Source: Spirochaetia bacterium
GTDB lineage: Bacteria; Spirochaetota; Spirochaetia; UBA9216
DNA length: 64,000 nucleotides
Assembly: GCA_963675665.1 (NCBI GenBank)
Contig: OY776510.1
Coordinates: 2,400,001-2,464,000 of the forward strand
Direction: 5' to 3'
Positions 18,697-28,353 of this stretch are shown piece after piece (position 1 is the stretch's first letter; every line of letters begins with the position of its first letter). The notes under the pieces are model-generated. The model had not been told where the DNA came from. It searched no databases and saw only the letters and a list, made by a program, of their open reading frames with translations. A program made the position numbers and the translations under genes.

Positions 18697-19641
18697 ATGG
18701 CTGAAATATGGACTATGGGTGAAATGATTGTAGAGATAATGCGGCCCAAGGCGGGCATGGATCTTGATAAGGCCGGCCTTTTTAAAGGTCCCTATCCCAG
18801 CGGGGCGCCTGCGATTTTTATAGATACAGTTGCGCGTATGGGACACAGCTCAGGCATTATAGGCGGCGTCGGTCATGATGATTTCGGGAAATGCCTTCTT
18901 GAGCGTCTGGAATCGGACGGAGTAGATTGTTCGAAGGTTGTGATCAGTGAAAGCGGAACTACCGGTGTGGCATTTGTAACATATTTTAATGACGGTTCAA
19001 GGAAGTTCCTTTACCATATCGGCAATACTCCTGCTGTTGAAGCCAAAGCTCCTGCGGCTTCTGAACTTGCGGGCATCAGGTTCTTCCATATTATGGGCTG
19101 CTCATTAATGGCTGAACCGAATTTTGCGAAAGAGATAATCAAAACAATGCACACGGCAGTTTCTATGGGAGCAAAGATAAGCTTCGATCCGAATATCCGT
19201 AAAGAACTGCTTAAAGACAACTCTGTTATGTCGATTGTTCATGAAGCTTTTAAAAATACAAACATCTTTATGCCCGGGGTTGATGAACTTCTGATGCTCA
19301 CGGAAGAAAGCACTGCGGAACAGGCTGTGAAAAAGTGTTTTGAGCAGCAATCAATGGAAATGGTTGTACTAAAGCGCGGATCAGAAGGCTGTACCGTTTA
19401 TACCCGGACCGGAACTTATGAAAAGGGCGTTTACAAGGTTGAAGCAGTTGATCCTACTGGCGCAGGGGACAGTTTTGACGGAGCATTTTTATGCGGGTTG
19501 CTGGAATCGCTGCCTGTAACTGAAGTTATTGAGCTTGCCGCTTCGGCGGGGGCTTTGAATACAGCTGCATTCGGCCCTATGGAAGGTGCTATTTCGGTTG
19601 AGAATGTAAAGCGCCTGATCTCTGCCGGTATTTCCGGCTGA
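18697..19641 (+). CDS. PfkB-family carbohydrate kinase (tagatose kinase-like)
   Basis: GPYPSGAPAIFID, FDPNIRKEL, DPTGAGDSFDGAF, GPMEG. Confidence 0.88.
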   Translation: MAEIWTMGEMIVEIMRPKAGMDLDKAGLFKGPYPSGAPAIFIDTVARMGHSSGIIGGVGHDDFGKCLLERLESDGVDCSKVVISESGTTGVAFVTYFNDGSRKFLYHIGNTPAVEAKAPAASELAGIRFFHIMGCSLMAEPNFAKEIIKTMHTAVSMGAKISFDPNIRKELLKDNSVMSIVHEAFKNTNIFMPGVDELLMLTEESTAEQAVKKCFEQQSMEMVVLKRGSEGCTVYTRTGTYEKGVYKVEAVDPTGAGDSFDGAFLCGLLESLPVTEVIELAASAGALNTAAFGPMEGAISVENVKRLISAGISG

Positions 19642-19657
19642 TATTTGAAAGGAACGA

Positions 19658-20980
19658 ATGGAAATGAGCGATATCTTATTAAGGATTGTAGAAAAGCAAA
19701 AAGCCGGCATTCCGGCTGGAATAGTTTCGGTTTGTACATCCAACGGCTATGCAATTAAATCCGCGATGAAACATGCCATGGAATATGACGTACCGGTTCT
19801 TCTGGAAGCGACGGCAAACCAGGTAGATCAGGCCGGCGGATATACCGGTATGAAACCTGTTGATTTTATCGCCTTTATTCATAATATTGCTCAGGAAATA
19901 AATTTTCCGGTAAAACGGATTATCCTGGGGGGGGACCATCTGGGACCTCTGACCAGAAAGCATCTGGATGAAAAAGAAGCCATGGAGTATGCGGAGGTCC
20001 TTGTAAGCGAATACGTCTCAGCCGGGTTTTCAAAAATACATCTGGATACTTCCATGAAGCTTGGAAGCGATCCCGCCGGAGAAGCGCTGCATATTTCAAC
20101 AGTAGCCGAACGCGGTGCCAGGTTGTGTATTGCAGCGGAAGCCGCATTTAAACAGCGGTCTGAAAAGTATCCGGCAGAAACACCTCCGTTTTACATTATA
20201 GGAAGCGAAGTACCAATTCCGGGTGGTGCGCAGGATCCGGAGGAAGGTGCTGATGTAACATCACCCGAACACTGCAGGGAAACCTTTGAAACATACAAAC
20301 AGGTTTTCAGTAAACACAATCTTGATGATGCCTTTAAAAGAGTCATTGCGCTGGTTGTTCAAACCGGTGCCGAGTTTGGAGACACCGATATCTATCCGTA
20401 CAGCTCTGAAAAAGCACGATCCCTGACGGAATACGGGCGTAAGAACCTTCCTTTTGTTTTTGAAGGGCATTCAACCGATTATCAGACCGAAGATTCCTTG
20501 AAAGCAATGGTAAAAGACGGTATTGCTTTTCTAAAAGTGGGACCGGCTTTAACTTTCGCTCTCAGAGAGGCCCTTTTTATGCTGGAGATGATTGAGCAGG
20601 AGGTTTACTACGGTACTTCCTGGGATGCTTCAAATTTCAGGGATGTGCTTGAGCTGGCAATGCTGAATAACCCGGGATATTGGAAGAATCATTATCATGG
20701 AGATGCAAGAAAGCAGTATTTTTCACGTAAATTCAGTTTTTCGGATCGTGCGCGTTATTTTCTTAATGATCCCGAGGTTGAAAAGGCTGTGAACTGTCTT
20801 GTCAGGAATATCAATAATTTTGAAATACCTATCTCTTTGCTGAGTCAATACATGCCGCGGGAGATGTATGAATTTGCGAAGAATAAAAGAGATTTGAAAG
20901 CGGAAGATTTAATTGATATGCATATCGGATTTTATCTTGATAATTATTACAAAGCGATTTTGCCTGATGAGTTGAGATAA
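19658..20980 (+). CDS. GatZ/KbaZ-family protein (putative tagatose-6-phosphate 4-epimerase)
   Basis: EATANQVDQAGGYTGMKP, LGGDHLGP, KIHLDTSM, GSEVPIPGG, FEGHSTDYQ, LKVGPALTFALREALF, SDRARY. Confidence 0.9.
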   Translation: MEMSDILLRIVEKQKAGIPAGIVSVCTSNGYAIKSAMKHAMEYDVPVLLEATANQVDQAGGYTGMKPVDFIAFIHNIAQEINFPVKRIILGGDHLGPLTRKHLDEKEAMEYAEVLVSEYVSAGFSKIHLDTSMKLGSDPAGEALHISTVAERGARLCIAAEAAFKQRSEKYPAETPPFYIIGSEVPIPGGAQDPEEGADVTSPEHCRETFETYKQVFSKHNLDDAFKRVIALVVQTGAEFGDTDIYPYSSEKARSLTEYGRKNLPFVFEGHSTDYQTEDSLKAMVKDGIAFLKVGPALTFALREALFMLEMIEQEVYYGTSWDASNFRDVLELAMLNNPGYWKNHYHGDARKQYFSRKFSFSDRARYFLNDPEVEKAVNCLVRNINNFEIPISLLSQYMPREMYEFAKNKRDLKAEDLIDMHIGFYLDNYYKAILPDELR

Positions 20981-21051
20981 AATAAATTTTCATACATTAA
21001 ATTTTATCTCATTAAAGCCAGGTACTAAATAAATAAAGAAACGGAGAGAGT

Positions 21052-22293
21052 ATGAGTTATAAGGAAACACTTCTAAGCCAGATTAAGATTGGAAACAGAA
21101 TATGCAGGAACAGGTTTTTTGTTCAGGCTATGGAATGCAATGACGAGGATGCTACAGGTAACCCTTCTGATGAAACCACGGAAAGATATAAAACCCTTGC
21201 CCGGGGCGAGGCAGGACTGGTTTCGCTTGAAGCAATCTCGGTTACCCGCGAAAGCCGGGCGCGCGATAATCAGTTGATGATAATGGAACCCAACCGAGAG
21301 CCGCTTACAAAATTTGTAAAGGCCGTAAAAGAGGTGAATCCAGATACCCTTTTTATCTTTCAGCTTACTCATTCAGGAGAACTGTCAAATCCGGAGTTTT
21401 CACGGCGAGTTTGTGTTAAACCGCTTCCAGGTTACGGCGGCGATTTTTTGACTGAAGATGAAGTTGAAAAAATAATGGACGATTTCGTCCTAGCCGCAAA
21501 GATAGCGCATGCCGCCGGGGCCGACGGAATTGATATGAAGCTCTGTCACGGTTACCTGGGGTCACAAATCCTCAGGCCATATAACGATCGTAAATGGAAA
21601 TTCGGAGGGTCCTGGGAGAACCGCAGCAGGTTTGCATTTGAACTGTATGAGCGTATGTCAAAGGCTGTTAACGACAAGAACTTTCTAATCGGTTCTAAAA
21701 TCTCTGCTTGGGAAGGTTTTCCGGGCGGGTTTGGAACAGACGGACCGGATTCTCCGGTAATGGATTTAACAGAGCCTTTGAAACTTATCAAGGGACTTGA
21801 AGAACGCGGGGCGCAGTATTTTATACAGTCGGCAGGAAGCCCGTCAATTACTATCAGCCTTACACAGGTAGACAAATATCATCCGTATTTCGGTTACCTG
21901 CACCAGTACTGGGCAAAGGAAATGCGCAAAGCGTTGAAACCTGAAACTGTTGTTATAGGTTCAAACTTTTCTATTTTCGGCAACGGCAAGAACAAACTCT
22001 GCGCCGTCGACAAAAAAGACAACAACCTTTTCCGTTACGGAGCGCAGTGCGTGGAAAGAGGTGTAGTCGACATGATAGGTCTGGGACGCCAGTCTTTTGC
22101 CGATCCGCTGCTGCCTCTCAAGCTGCGTGAGGGACATGAAGAAGATATCAAGTACTGTGTAGTCTGCGACAATTGTCTTGAACTTTTAATCCAGCAGAGC
22201 AAAGTAGGTTGCAGCACCTTCAACAGGTATTACACGGACATTCTAAGAAAGACCAGGGAAGAGAAGGGTAAGCTTGTGATAAAGCATACCTAA
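21052..22293 (+). CDS. NADH:flavin oxidoreductase (Old Yellow Enzyme family) with C-terminal Cys cluster motif
   Basis: QLTHSG, CHGYLGSQILRP..FGGSWENRSRF, GRQSFADP, CVVCDNC-x11-C. Confidence 0.82.
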   Translation: MSYKETLLSQIKIGNRICRNRFFVQAMECNDEDATGNPSDETTERYKTLARGEAGLVSLEAISVTRESRARDNQLMIMEPNREPLTKFVKAVKEVNPDTLFIFQLTHSGELSNPEFSRRVCVKPLPGYGGDFLTEDEVEKIMDDFVLAAKIAHAAGADGIDMKLCHGYLGSQILRPYNDRKWKFGGSWENRSRFAFELYERMSKAVNDKNFLIGSKISAWEGFPGGFGTDGPDSPVMDLTEPLKLIKGLEERGAQYFIQSAGSPSITISLTQVDKYHPYFGYLHQYWAKEMRKALKPETVVIGSNFSIFGNGKNKLCAVDKKDNNLFRYGAQCVERGVVDMIGLGRQSFADPLLPLKLREGHEEDIKYCVVCDNCLELLIQQSKVGCSTFNRYYTDILRKTREEKGKLVIKHT

Positions 22294-22294
22294 T

Positions 22295-22461
22295 CAAAGC
22301 ACAGGAAGACCTGTGCTTTGCTCTTGGAGTTTGCCTGCAAAGCAGGCAAACATCCACAGATAGTCATCTATTACGGGTTTTTATTTTGGGTTATCAGCGT
22401 TCTGCGCTGAAACATCCACAACCGGCAACCCGTAAGGGAGTAATGCCTGGCGAAACATCCA
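22295..22461. repeat. Multi-hairpin intergenic element, copy B (three TGGAGT..AAACATCCA units)
   Basis: 11-bp stem with AAGA loop (22295-22320). Units at 22325-22356, 22387-22418 and 22436-22461 each end in AAACATCCA. TTACGGGTT/AACCCGTAA arms enclose the middle unit. Confidence 0.75.
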
Positions 22462-22486
22462 TAAATGAACGTATTGGAGCGGGGAT

Positions 22487-23971
22487 ATGTCGAAACTGCT
22501 TGAAATGCAGGGAATAAGTAAAAGTTTCTTTGGAGTAGAGGTTCTGCACAGGGTAGATTTCAGCGTGGAAAAAGGGGAGATTCGGGCGTTGTGCGGCGAA
22601 AACGGGGCCGGCAAGTCCACGCTGATGAAGGTATTGTCGGGAATCCACGAACAGGAAGAAGGCGAGGTTTATTTCAAGGGTGAGCATATAAAGCGAACGG
22701 CCGATCCGCTTGAGGTGCAGGGGCACGGAATCTCGATGATCCACCAGGAACTGAACCTGTTTGATGATCTGAGCGTAGCGCAGAATATCTTTCTGTGCCG
22801 TGAACCGAAGACAAAGAGAGGTCTGATAGATTTCGGCGAGATGAACCGCGAGGCAAAAAAGCTTCTGGAGCGGCTGGGTCAGAATATAGACCCGCGGATG
22901 AATGTCCGCGAGCTGAAGATAGCGCAGAAGCAGATGGTTGAAATAGCGAAGGCAATCTCGTTCAACGTAGAGCTGTTGATAATGGACGAACCCACATCGG
23001 TGCTCACGGGAAAAGAAACCGGGATAATGTTCGGGCTGATGAGAAACCTGAGCGCGGAAGGGATAGCAATCATATACATCTCGCACAGGCTGAAGGAAAT
23101 AACCGAGGTATGCCACACGGTAACGGTGCTTCGCGACGGCTCGTACATAGACACGAAGCAGGTTGCTGAAGTAACCGAGAAAGACATAGCGACGCTGATG
23201 GTAGGGCGCGAGGTCAAGGAATCGAGTGTAGGGGACTTCTGCGGAGAGGAAGAAGACCTTGTACTTGAGGTAAAGAACGTAAGCGACGGGCTGTTGAAGG
23301 ACGTAAGCTTTGACGTGAAACGCGGCGAGATAGTGTGTTTCAGCGGGTTAGTCGGAGCGGGACGCACCGAGCTTATGGAGGTAATCTTCGGCATACGACA
23401 CCCGGAATCGGGTGAGGTGCTGCTTGAAGGAAAACCTGTAACGGTAAGAAGCGCGATAGATGCGATCAGGATGGACATAGGACTGGTGACCGAGGACCGT
23501 AAGGATTCGGGACTGGTGCTGTGCCGTGATATAACCGAGAACTCGAACTATGTGTTCTGGCGCAAGAACAGCGGTTTCTTCAAAAACAGGGGAAAGACCC
23601 GGAAGAACACGGACAGAATGATAGAACGCCTCCGGATAAGATGCGCCGGCTCGGACCAGGCAGTGGCGAACCTGAGCGGCGGGAACCAGCAGAAGGTTGC
23701 GCTTGCGAAGTGGCTGTTAAGCGACGCGAAGGTGCTGATACTTGACGAGCCTACGCGTGGAGTAGACGTCGGAGCAAGGCAGGAGATCTATCAGATCATC
23801 CGGGAGCTTGCCGACGACGGGATAGCGATAGTGATAGTGTCGTCGGACATGCAGGAAGTAATGAGCATCAGCCAGCGGGTGGTAGTAATGCATGAAGGAC
23901 GGAAGACCGGGGAGCTTAAGTGTTCCGAGCTTGAAGAAGAAAAAATAATGTACCTGGCAACAAACGTATAG
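22487..23971 (+). CDS. Monosaccharide ABC transporter ATP-binding protein (RbsA/MglA type)
   Basis: [36 protein letters not shown]. Confidence 0.95.
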   Translation: MSKLLEMQGISKSFFGVEVLHRVDFSVEKGEIRALCGENGAGKSTLMKVLSGIHEQEEGEVYFKGEHIKRTADPLEVQGHGISMIHQELNLFDDLSVAQNIFLCREPKTKRGLIDFGEMNREAKKLLERLGQNIDPRMNVRELKIAQKQMVEIAKAISFNVELLIMDEPTSVLTGKETGIMFGLMRNLSAEGIAIIYISHRLKEITEVCHTVTVLRDGSYIDTKQVAEVTEKDIATLMVGREVKESSVGDFCGEEEDLVLEVKNVSDGLLKDVSFDVKRGEIVCFSGLVGAGRTELMEVIFGIRHPESGEVLLEGKPVTVRSAIDAIRMDIGLVTEDRKDSGLVLCRDITENSNYVFWRKNSGFFKNRGKTRKNTDRMIERLRIRCAGSDQAVANLSGGNQQKVALAKWLLSDAKVLILDEPTRGVDVGARQEIYQIIRELADDGIAIVIVSSDMQEVMSISQRVVVMHEGRKTGELKCSELEEEKIMYLATNV

Positions 23972-23983
23972 CGGAGAGAGATA

Positions 23984-24967
23984 ATGGAAGAGTTGAAACA
24001 GGAAAACAGGTTTATTCAGCTGGCGTCGAGGGTATGGAAGAACTACAGCATAGTGGTAGTGTTTGTGGTAATCCTGATAATCTGCGGGATAGCAGCGCCG
24101 CGGTTTCTGAGGCCGAACAACCTTTTAAACATCCTGAGAAATACCTCGATAGTAGGAATCATAGCGTTGGGAATGACGTTTGTGATCATAGCCGGCGGAA
24201 TTGATTTATCGAGCGGGCCTGTGCTTGCGACATCGGGAGCGGCGTTGATAGCGCTGCAGAAGATGGTGACCGAGAGCGGGGACCCCGCGATGCCGTTGAT
24301 AGTACCGATACTGGTGTGCCTTGCGATATCGACGGGAATAGGCTTTGCGAACGGAATAATCATAACTAAGGCGAAACTGCCGCCGTTTATAGTAACGCTG
24401 GCAGTGGGGATAATAGCGCGGTCGGTGGTAATGTACTTCTGCCGCGGAGCGACAATCATGGGGAACAAGATTCCCGAGTTCACGAATATTGGAAACGGGT
24501 CGGTATTCAAGATACCGATACCGTTCATAATGGCGATAGTGCTGGCCTTGATACTGCATGTAGCGCTGACGCGATCGAAGTTCGGTACCTATGTGTTTGC
24601 TGTGGGCGGAAACGAGAACGCGGCGAAGTACTCGGGAATCAAGGTAGACCGTATAAAGATAGCGACGTACATGATAGTGGGACTGTGCACGGGCCTTGCG
24701 GCGGTCATAGAGATGTCGCGTATGGCGGCTGTGGCGGCGACGTCGAGCGGAATGCAGTACGAGTTTGAGGCGATAACGGCGGTAATAGTAGGCGGAACCT
24801 CGCTTAACGGAGGAAAGGGCCGGCTGATAGGAACGATAGTAGGATTTATCATCCTGGGAATAGTCAAGAACATGATGATAATGCTGAACATCTCGCCGTA
24901 CCTTGCCGGAGCGGTAAAGGGCGCGGTAATCCTGTTTGCGGTACTGATTCAACGTAGGGAGAAATAA
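23984..24967 (+). CDS. Monosaccharide ABC transporter permease (RbsC type)
   Basis: GGIDLSSG, LPPFIVTL, FAVGGNENAAKYSGI, YEFEAITAVIVGGTSLNGGKG. Confidence 0.93.
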   Translation: MEELKQENRFIQLASRVWKNYSIVVVFVVILIICGIAAPRFLRPNNLLNILRNTSIVGIIALGMTFVIIAGGIDLSSGPVLATSGAALIALQKMVTESGDPAMPLIVPILVCLAISTGIGFANGIIITKAKLPPFIVTLAVGIIARSVVMYFCRGATIMGNKIPEFTNIGNGSVFKIPIPFIMAIVLALILHVALTRSKFGTYVFAVGGNENAAKYSGIKVDRIKIATYMIVGLCTGLAAVIEMSRMAAVAATSSGMQYEFEAITAVIVGGTSLNGGKGRLIGTIVGFIILGIVKNMMIMLNISPYLAGAVKGAVILFAVLIQRREK

Positions 24968-25019
24968 TCAGCAAGCTGATTATTTCTCCTGGAGTTTTTC
25001 ACTTCGTGAAAAACATCCA
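24958..25019. repeat. Multi-hairpin intergenic element, copy C
   Basis: Perfect stem GGAGAAATAATCAG-CAAG-CTGATTATTTCTCC (24958-24989), then TGGAGTTTTTCAC-TTC-GTGAAAAAC-A-TCCA (24990-25019). Confidence 0.8.
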
Positions 25020-25123
25020 CGGACTGTAAACCGTAAAGTGTTTATATAAAGCAAGTTTTCGGGCTGTTCTGTATGGACAGGACCGGTTACTGATAAAACA
25101 AATTTCAATACGGAGGAACAAAA

Positions 25124-26077
25124 ATGAAAAGAACTGTAATGGTGATCTGTGCAGTGCTGATGCTTGCATCAGGAATGGTTTTTGCTGGAGGACAGCAGGA
25201 AGCAGTAGAAGACGGAGTATTCCGCGTAGCAGTATCACTGCCGCCGGCAAACAACGCATGGCAGGCAAAGCTTCTTGATTCAGTGCTTGAAGAGACAGCC
25301 AAAGACGTAGACGAATATTCTTTTGTTGTCAAAAATGCTGTTGATGATGCGGACCAGCTGAACATGCTGACAACCTTCAAGGAAGGCAACTACGACATGA
25401 TAATCTGTCTGCCCGGAAACGGCACCCTGATGACCCCGATCTGTGAAGAGATCTATGACGCCGGAATACAGCTGATGATAGTAGACCGCCCGATTGAAAG
25501 CGACAAGTATACAGTACTTATCGGCGGCGACAACTACCTCTGCGGCTCAAATGCGGCGAAATACCTCGGCGACAGGCTTGGAGGCAAGGGCGACATAGCG
25601 ATACTGAGAAGTTATGTGGGAATACCAATCGACCTCGACAGGTATAACGGTTTCATGGAATATCTTACAAAAGAATTTCCGGAAATCAATGTTCTTGTTG
25701 AAGGCGACGGCGAGTTCAACCAGGAAGCAGGGCTTAAGGCTATGAGCGATATCCTTCCGGCATATCCTAACATTGATGCTGTTTACACACAGGATGACGA
25801 AACTGCTGTAGGGGCCCTTACAGCTATCGAAAACGCCGGAAGAACAGACGTACAGTTTGTAACCGGTATGGGCGGCGGAAAGACTTCGTATAAGCTTATG
25901 CAGGAAAAGAATCCTCTTTACGGCGCATCAATGTCTTATTTCCCGACAATGGGCGGCGATGCTATAAGACTTGCAAAAGAGATCCTGAAGGGCGCTTCCT
26001 TTGAGAAGGACAATATTGCTCCTACTTATATTGTTACTGAAGACAATGTTGATCAATACCTTGAGAATGCATACTAG
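25124..26077 (+). CDS. Monosaccharide ABC transporter substrate-binding protein (Peripla_BP_4)
   Basis: Signal peptide ending VFAGGQQE. IVDR, GGDNYLCG, DAVYTQDDETAVGA. GGAGG SD. Confidence 0.9.
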   Translation: MKRTVMVICAVLMLASGMVFAGGQQEAVEDGVFRVAVSLPPANNAWQAKLLDSVLEETAKDVDEYSFVVKNAVDDADQLNMLTTFKEGNYDMIICLPGNGTLMTPICEEIYDAGIQLMIVDRPIESDKYTVLIGGDNYLCGSNAAKYLGDRLGGKGDIAILRSYVGIPIDLDRYNGFMEYLTKEFPEINVLVEGDGEFNQEAGLKAMSDILPAYPNIDAVYTQDDETAVGALTAIENAGRTDVQFVTGMGGGKTSYKLMQEKNPLYGASMSYFPTMGGDAIRLAKEILKGASFEKDNIAPTYIVTEDNVDQYLENAY

Positions 26078-26157
26078 GATTAGTTTTTATTAATTTACAG
26101 GGGAAACGGCGGCCTGCTCCGACGCTTCCCCGTTTGGAACACAGGAGACTGTAAGGA

Positions 26158-27294
26158 ATGAAGATTTATAAAGCAGGTGTGATAGGCACAGGTTTTGTCG
26201 GGCGTATTCATATTGAAACAATACGCCGGCTGGGTAATGCTGAAGTAACGGCTGTAGCGGATATGGTATCGGCAGAACAAACAGCCGGTGATATGAATAT
26301 CCCCGAATATTTTACAGATTATAAAGAGATGATTGATCAACTCGATCTGGATATTGTGCACATCTGTACGCCTAATAATACGCATTTTGAAATTGCCTGT
26401 TATGCCCTGGATAACGGAGTTAATGTACTATGTGAAAAACCCATGACTGCAACGCTTGAAGAAGCGCAAATACTTGCGGAAAAAGCAAATAAGTCCGGTT
26501 TGATTGCAGCTTTGAATTATCATAATCGGTTTTACCCGATGAACCACCATCTGAGAAATATAATTCGGGACGGAGAACTGGGTGAGATCTTTTCAATAAC
26601 GGGAACATATACCCAGGACTGGCTGCTGAATATAACGGATTACAGCTGGCGTCTCAGTGCTGAAGAATCGGGCAAAACCCGGACGGTTGCAGATATAGGT
26701 TCGCACTGGATGGACCTGGTTGAATTTGTAAGCGGGCATAAAATTACTGCCGTATGCGCTGATTTCTCGATTATACATCCCGTACGGAAAAAACCGAAAA
26801 AGCAGGTCCTTGCATTCTCTACGGATCAGTTTGCTGAAGGCGATTATGAAGATATCCCTGTAAGCACCGAAGACTGCGCAAGCGTGCTGTTCAGGTTTGA
26901 CAATGGGGCAAAGGGGAGCGCTTTCTTTTCACAGGTAATAGCCGGAAAATCCGTTGCTATTGATTATCTTATCGGAGGGTACAGGAAATCAGCTGAATGG
27001 AACAGCGAATTGTGTAATAAGCTTGTGGTAGGAAGAAAAGACAGCTTTTGTGAAGTATCTGAAAAAGGGCCGGTAACGGTTCATCCCGACAGCAGGTCGG
27101 TTGTAGCTTATCCGATAGGGCATCTGGAAGGTTTTCCTGATGCTTTTAAACAGTGTTTTTCCCAGGTTTACGGAAGTATTGACAACCCGTATGCGCCCCG
27201 GGACTATGCTGATATGCAGGACGGACTGCACGAAATGATCCTGTGTGAAAAGATTTTTGAAAGTAATCAGAAACAGAAATGGATAGAAATCTGA
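26158..27294 (+). CDS. Gfo/Idh/MocA-family oxidoreductase (paralog 3)
   Basis: GTGFVG, CEKPM, QDWLL..DYSWRL, DIGSHWMD. Same subfamily as 3321 and 5865. Confidence 0.92.
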   Translation: MKIYKAGVIGTGFVGRIHIETIRRLGNAEVTAVADMVSAEQTAGDMNIPEYFTDYKEMIDQLDLDIVHICTPNNTHFEIACYALDNGVNVLCEKPMTATLEEAQILAEKANKSGLIAALNYHNRFYPMNHHLRNIIRDGELGEIFSITGTYTQDWLLNITDYSWRLSAEESGKTRTVADIGSHWMDLVEFVSGHKITAVCADFSIIHPVRKKPKKQVLAFSTDQFAEGDYEDIPVSTEDCASVLFRFDNGAKGSAFFSQVIAGKSVAIDYLIGGYRKSAEWNSELCNKLVVGRKDSFCEVSEKGPVTVHPDSRSVVAYPIGHLEGFPDAFKQCFSQVYGSIDNPYAPRDYADMQDGLHEMILCEKIFESNQKQKWIEI

Positions 27295-27350
27295 ACTGAA
27301 TCTTCCAAACTGTGTTAATCTGATGTAGATATATCTGGAGGCTATTAACT

Positions 27351-28346
27351 ATGAATATTTCAATTTTTTCAGTTGTATATAAAGACCTTCCGCTTGATAA
27401 GGCGCTGGATTCCATAAAGGCAAAGGGAGTTTCTTCCGTTGAAGTCGGCGCAGGGGGGTTTATCGGTAAAGAACACTGTAACCCCGGAGAGCTGCTGGCG
27501 GATAAAGACAAGCTGGGCAAATTCAGGGACAGCTTTGAAAGCAGACATATGGAGATTAATTGTCTTAGTTGTCACGGAAATCCTGTGCATCCTCAGCAGA
27601 AACTTGCAGACGAGTATCATCAGGATATAAAAGACGCAATAGATTTGGCTTCAGAGCTTGGCGTGGAAAAGATTGTAACTTTTTCCGGCTGCCCGGGCGG
27701 CAGCGATACCGACAGCTATCCCAACTGGCCGGTCTCTCCTTTTCCGGAAGATTTTCAGTCGGTTTTTGAATGGCAGTGGAATGAGAAGCTTGTTCCTTAC
27801 TGGAAAAAGATGGGAAAATATGCTGAAGATAAGGGCGTTAAAATTGCAATGGAGCTGCACGGCGGATATTCGGTTCATACGCCCTATACAATGATTAAAA
27901 TGCGTAATGAAACCGGGTGCAAGGTTTTAGGCGGCAACCTTGACCCGAGCCATATGTGGTGGCAGGGAATAGACCCGGCGAAGGCCGCCCGTTATCTTAA
28001 TAACCAGGATTGTCTGTTTCATTTTCATGCCAAGGATGCATTCATTGATGAAGAGTATGTTTCCTATTACGGGGTAACTGATATGCAGAGTTTCGGTGTA
28101 ACATACGGCCGCGGATGGCAGTTTCGGACAGTAGGTTACGGCCATGATATGAAGGTCTGGGCCGATATTTTCAGTACGCTGCGTGCAACCGGGTATGACG
28201 GTGTTATCAGTATTGAGCATGAAGACTCATATATGTCGGTTGAAGAAGGTTTAAATAAGGCTGTTGCTAATCTTAATCAGGTGGTGATCTTCGAGCCGGC
28301 TTCATCGCCAAAAGCTTTTGATATTGACGATAAATTTTTGACTTAA
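27351..28346 (+). CDS. Sugar phosphate isomerase/epimerase TIM barrel (YfiH / 3-keto-glycoside eliminase-like subfamily)
   Basis: LSCHGNPVHP, FSGCPGG..PNW, MELHGG, NLDPSHMWWQGIDP, HFHAKD, WQFRTVGYGH, SIEHED. Confidence 0.8.
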   Translation: MNISIFSVVYKDLPLDKALDSIKAKGVSSVEVGAGGFIGKEHCNPGELLADKDKLGKFRDSFESRHMEINCLSCHGNPVHPQQKLADEYHQDIKDAIDLASELGVEKIVTFSGCPGGSDTDSYPNWPVSPFPEDFQSVFEWQWNEKLVPYWKKMGKYAEDKGVKIAMELHGGYSVHTPYTMIKMRNETGCKVLGGNLDPSHMWWQGIDPAKAARYLNNQDCLFHFHAKDAFIDEEYVSYYGVTDMQSFGVTYGRGWQFRTVGYGHDMKVWADIFSTLRATGYDGVISIEHEDSYMSVEEGLNKAVANLNQVVIFEPASSPKAFDIDDKFLT

Positions 28347-28353
28347 AAAGTGC

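Noticed and set aside
22295-22461. Possible mini CRISPR array (recurring AAACATCCA)
   Set aside because: Only about 9 nt is conserved, the spacing is irregular, and there are no cas genes. Better explained as palindromic elements.
22394-24952. Long antisense ORFs (22394..23116, 22879..23478, 24206..24952)
   Set aside because: Shadows of the ABC genes, favoured by their skewed codon usage. No motifs or start signals.
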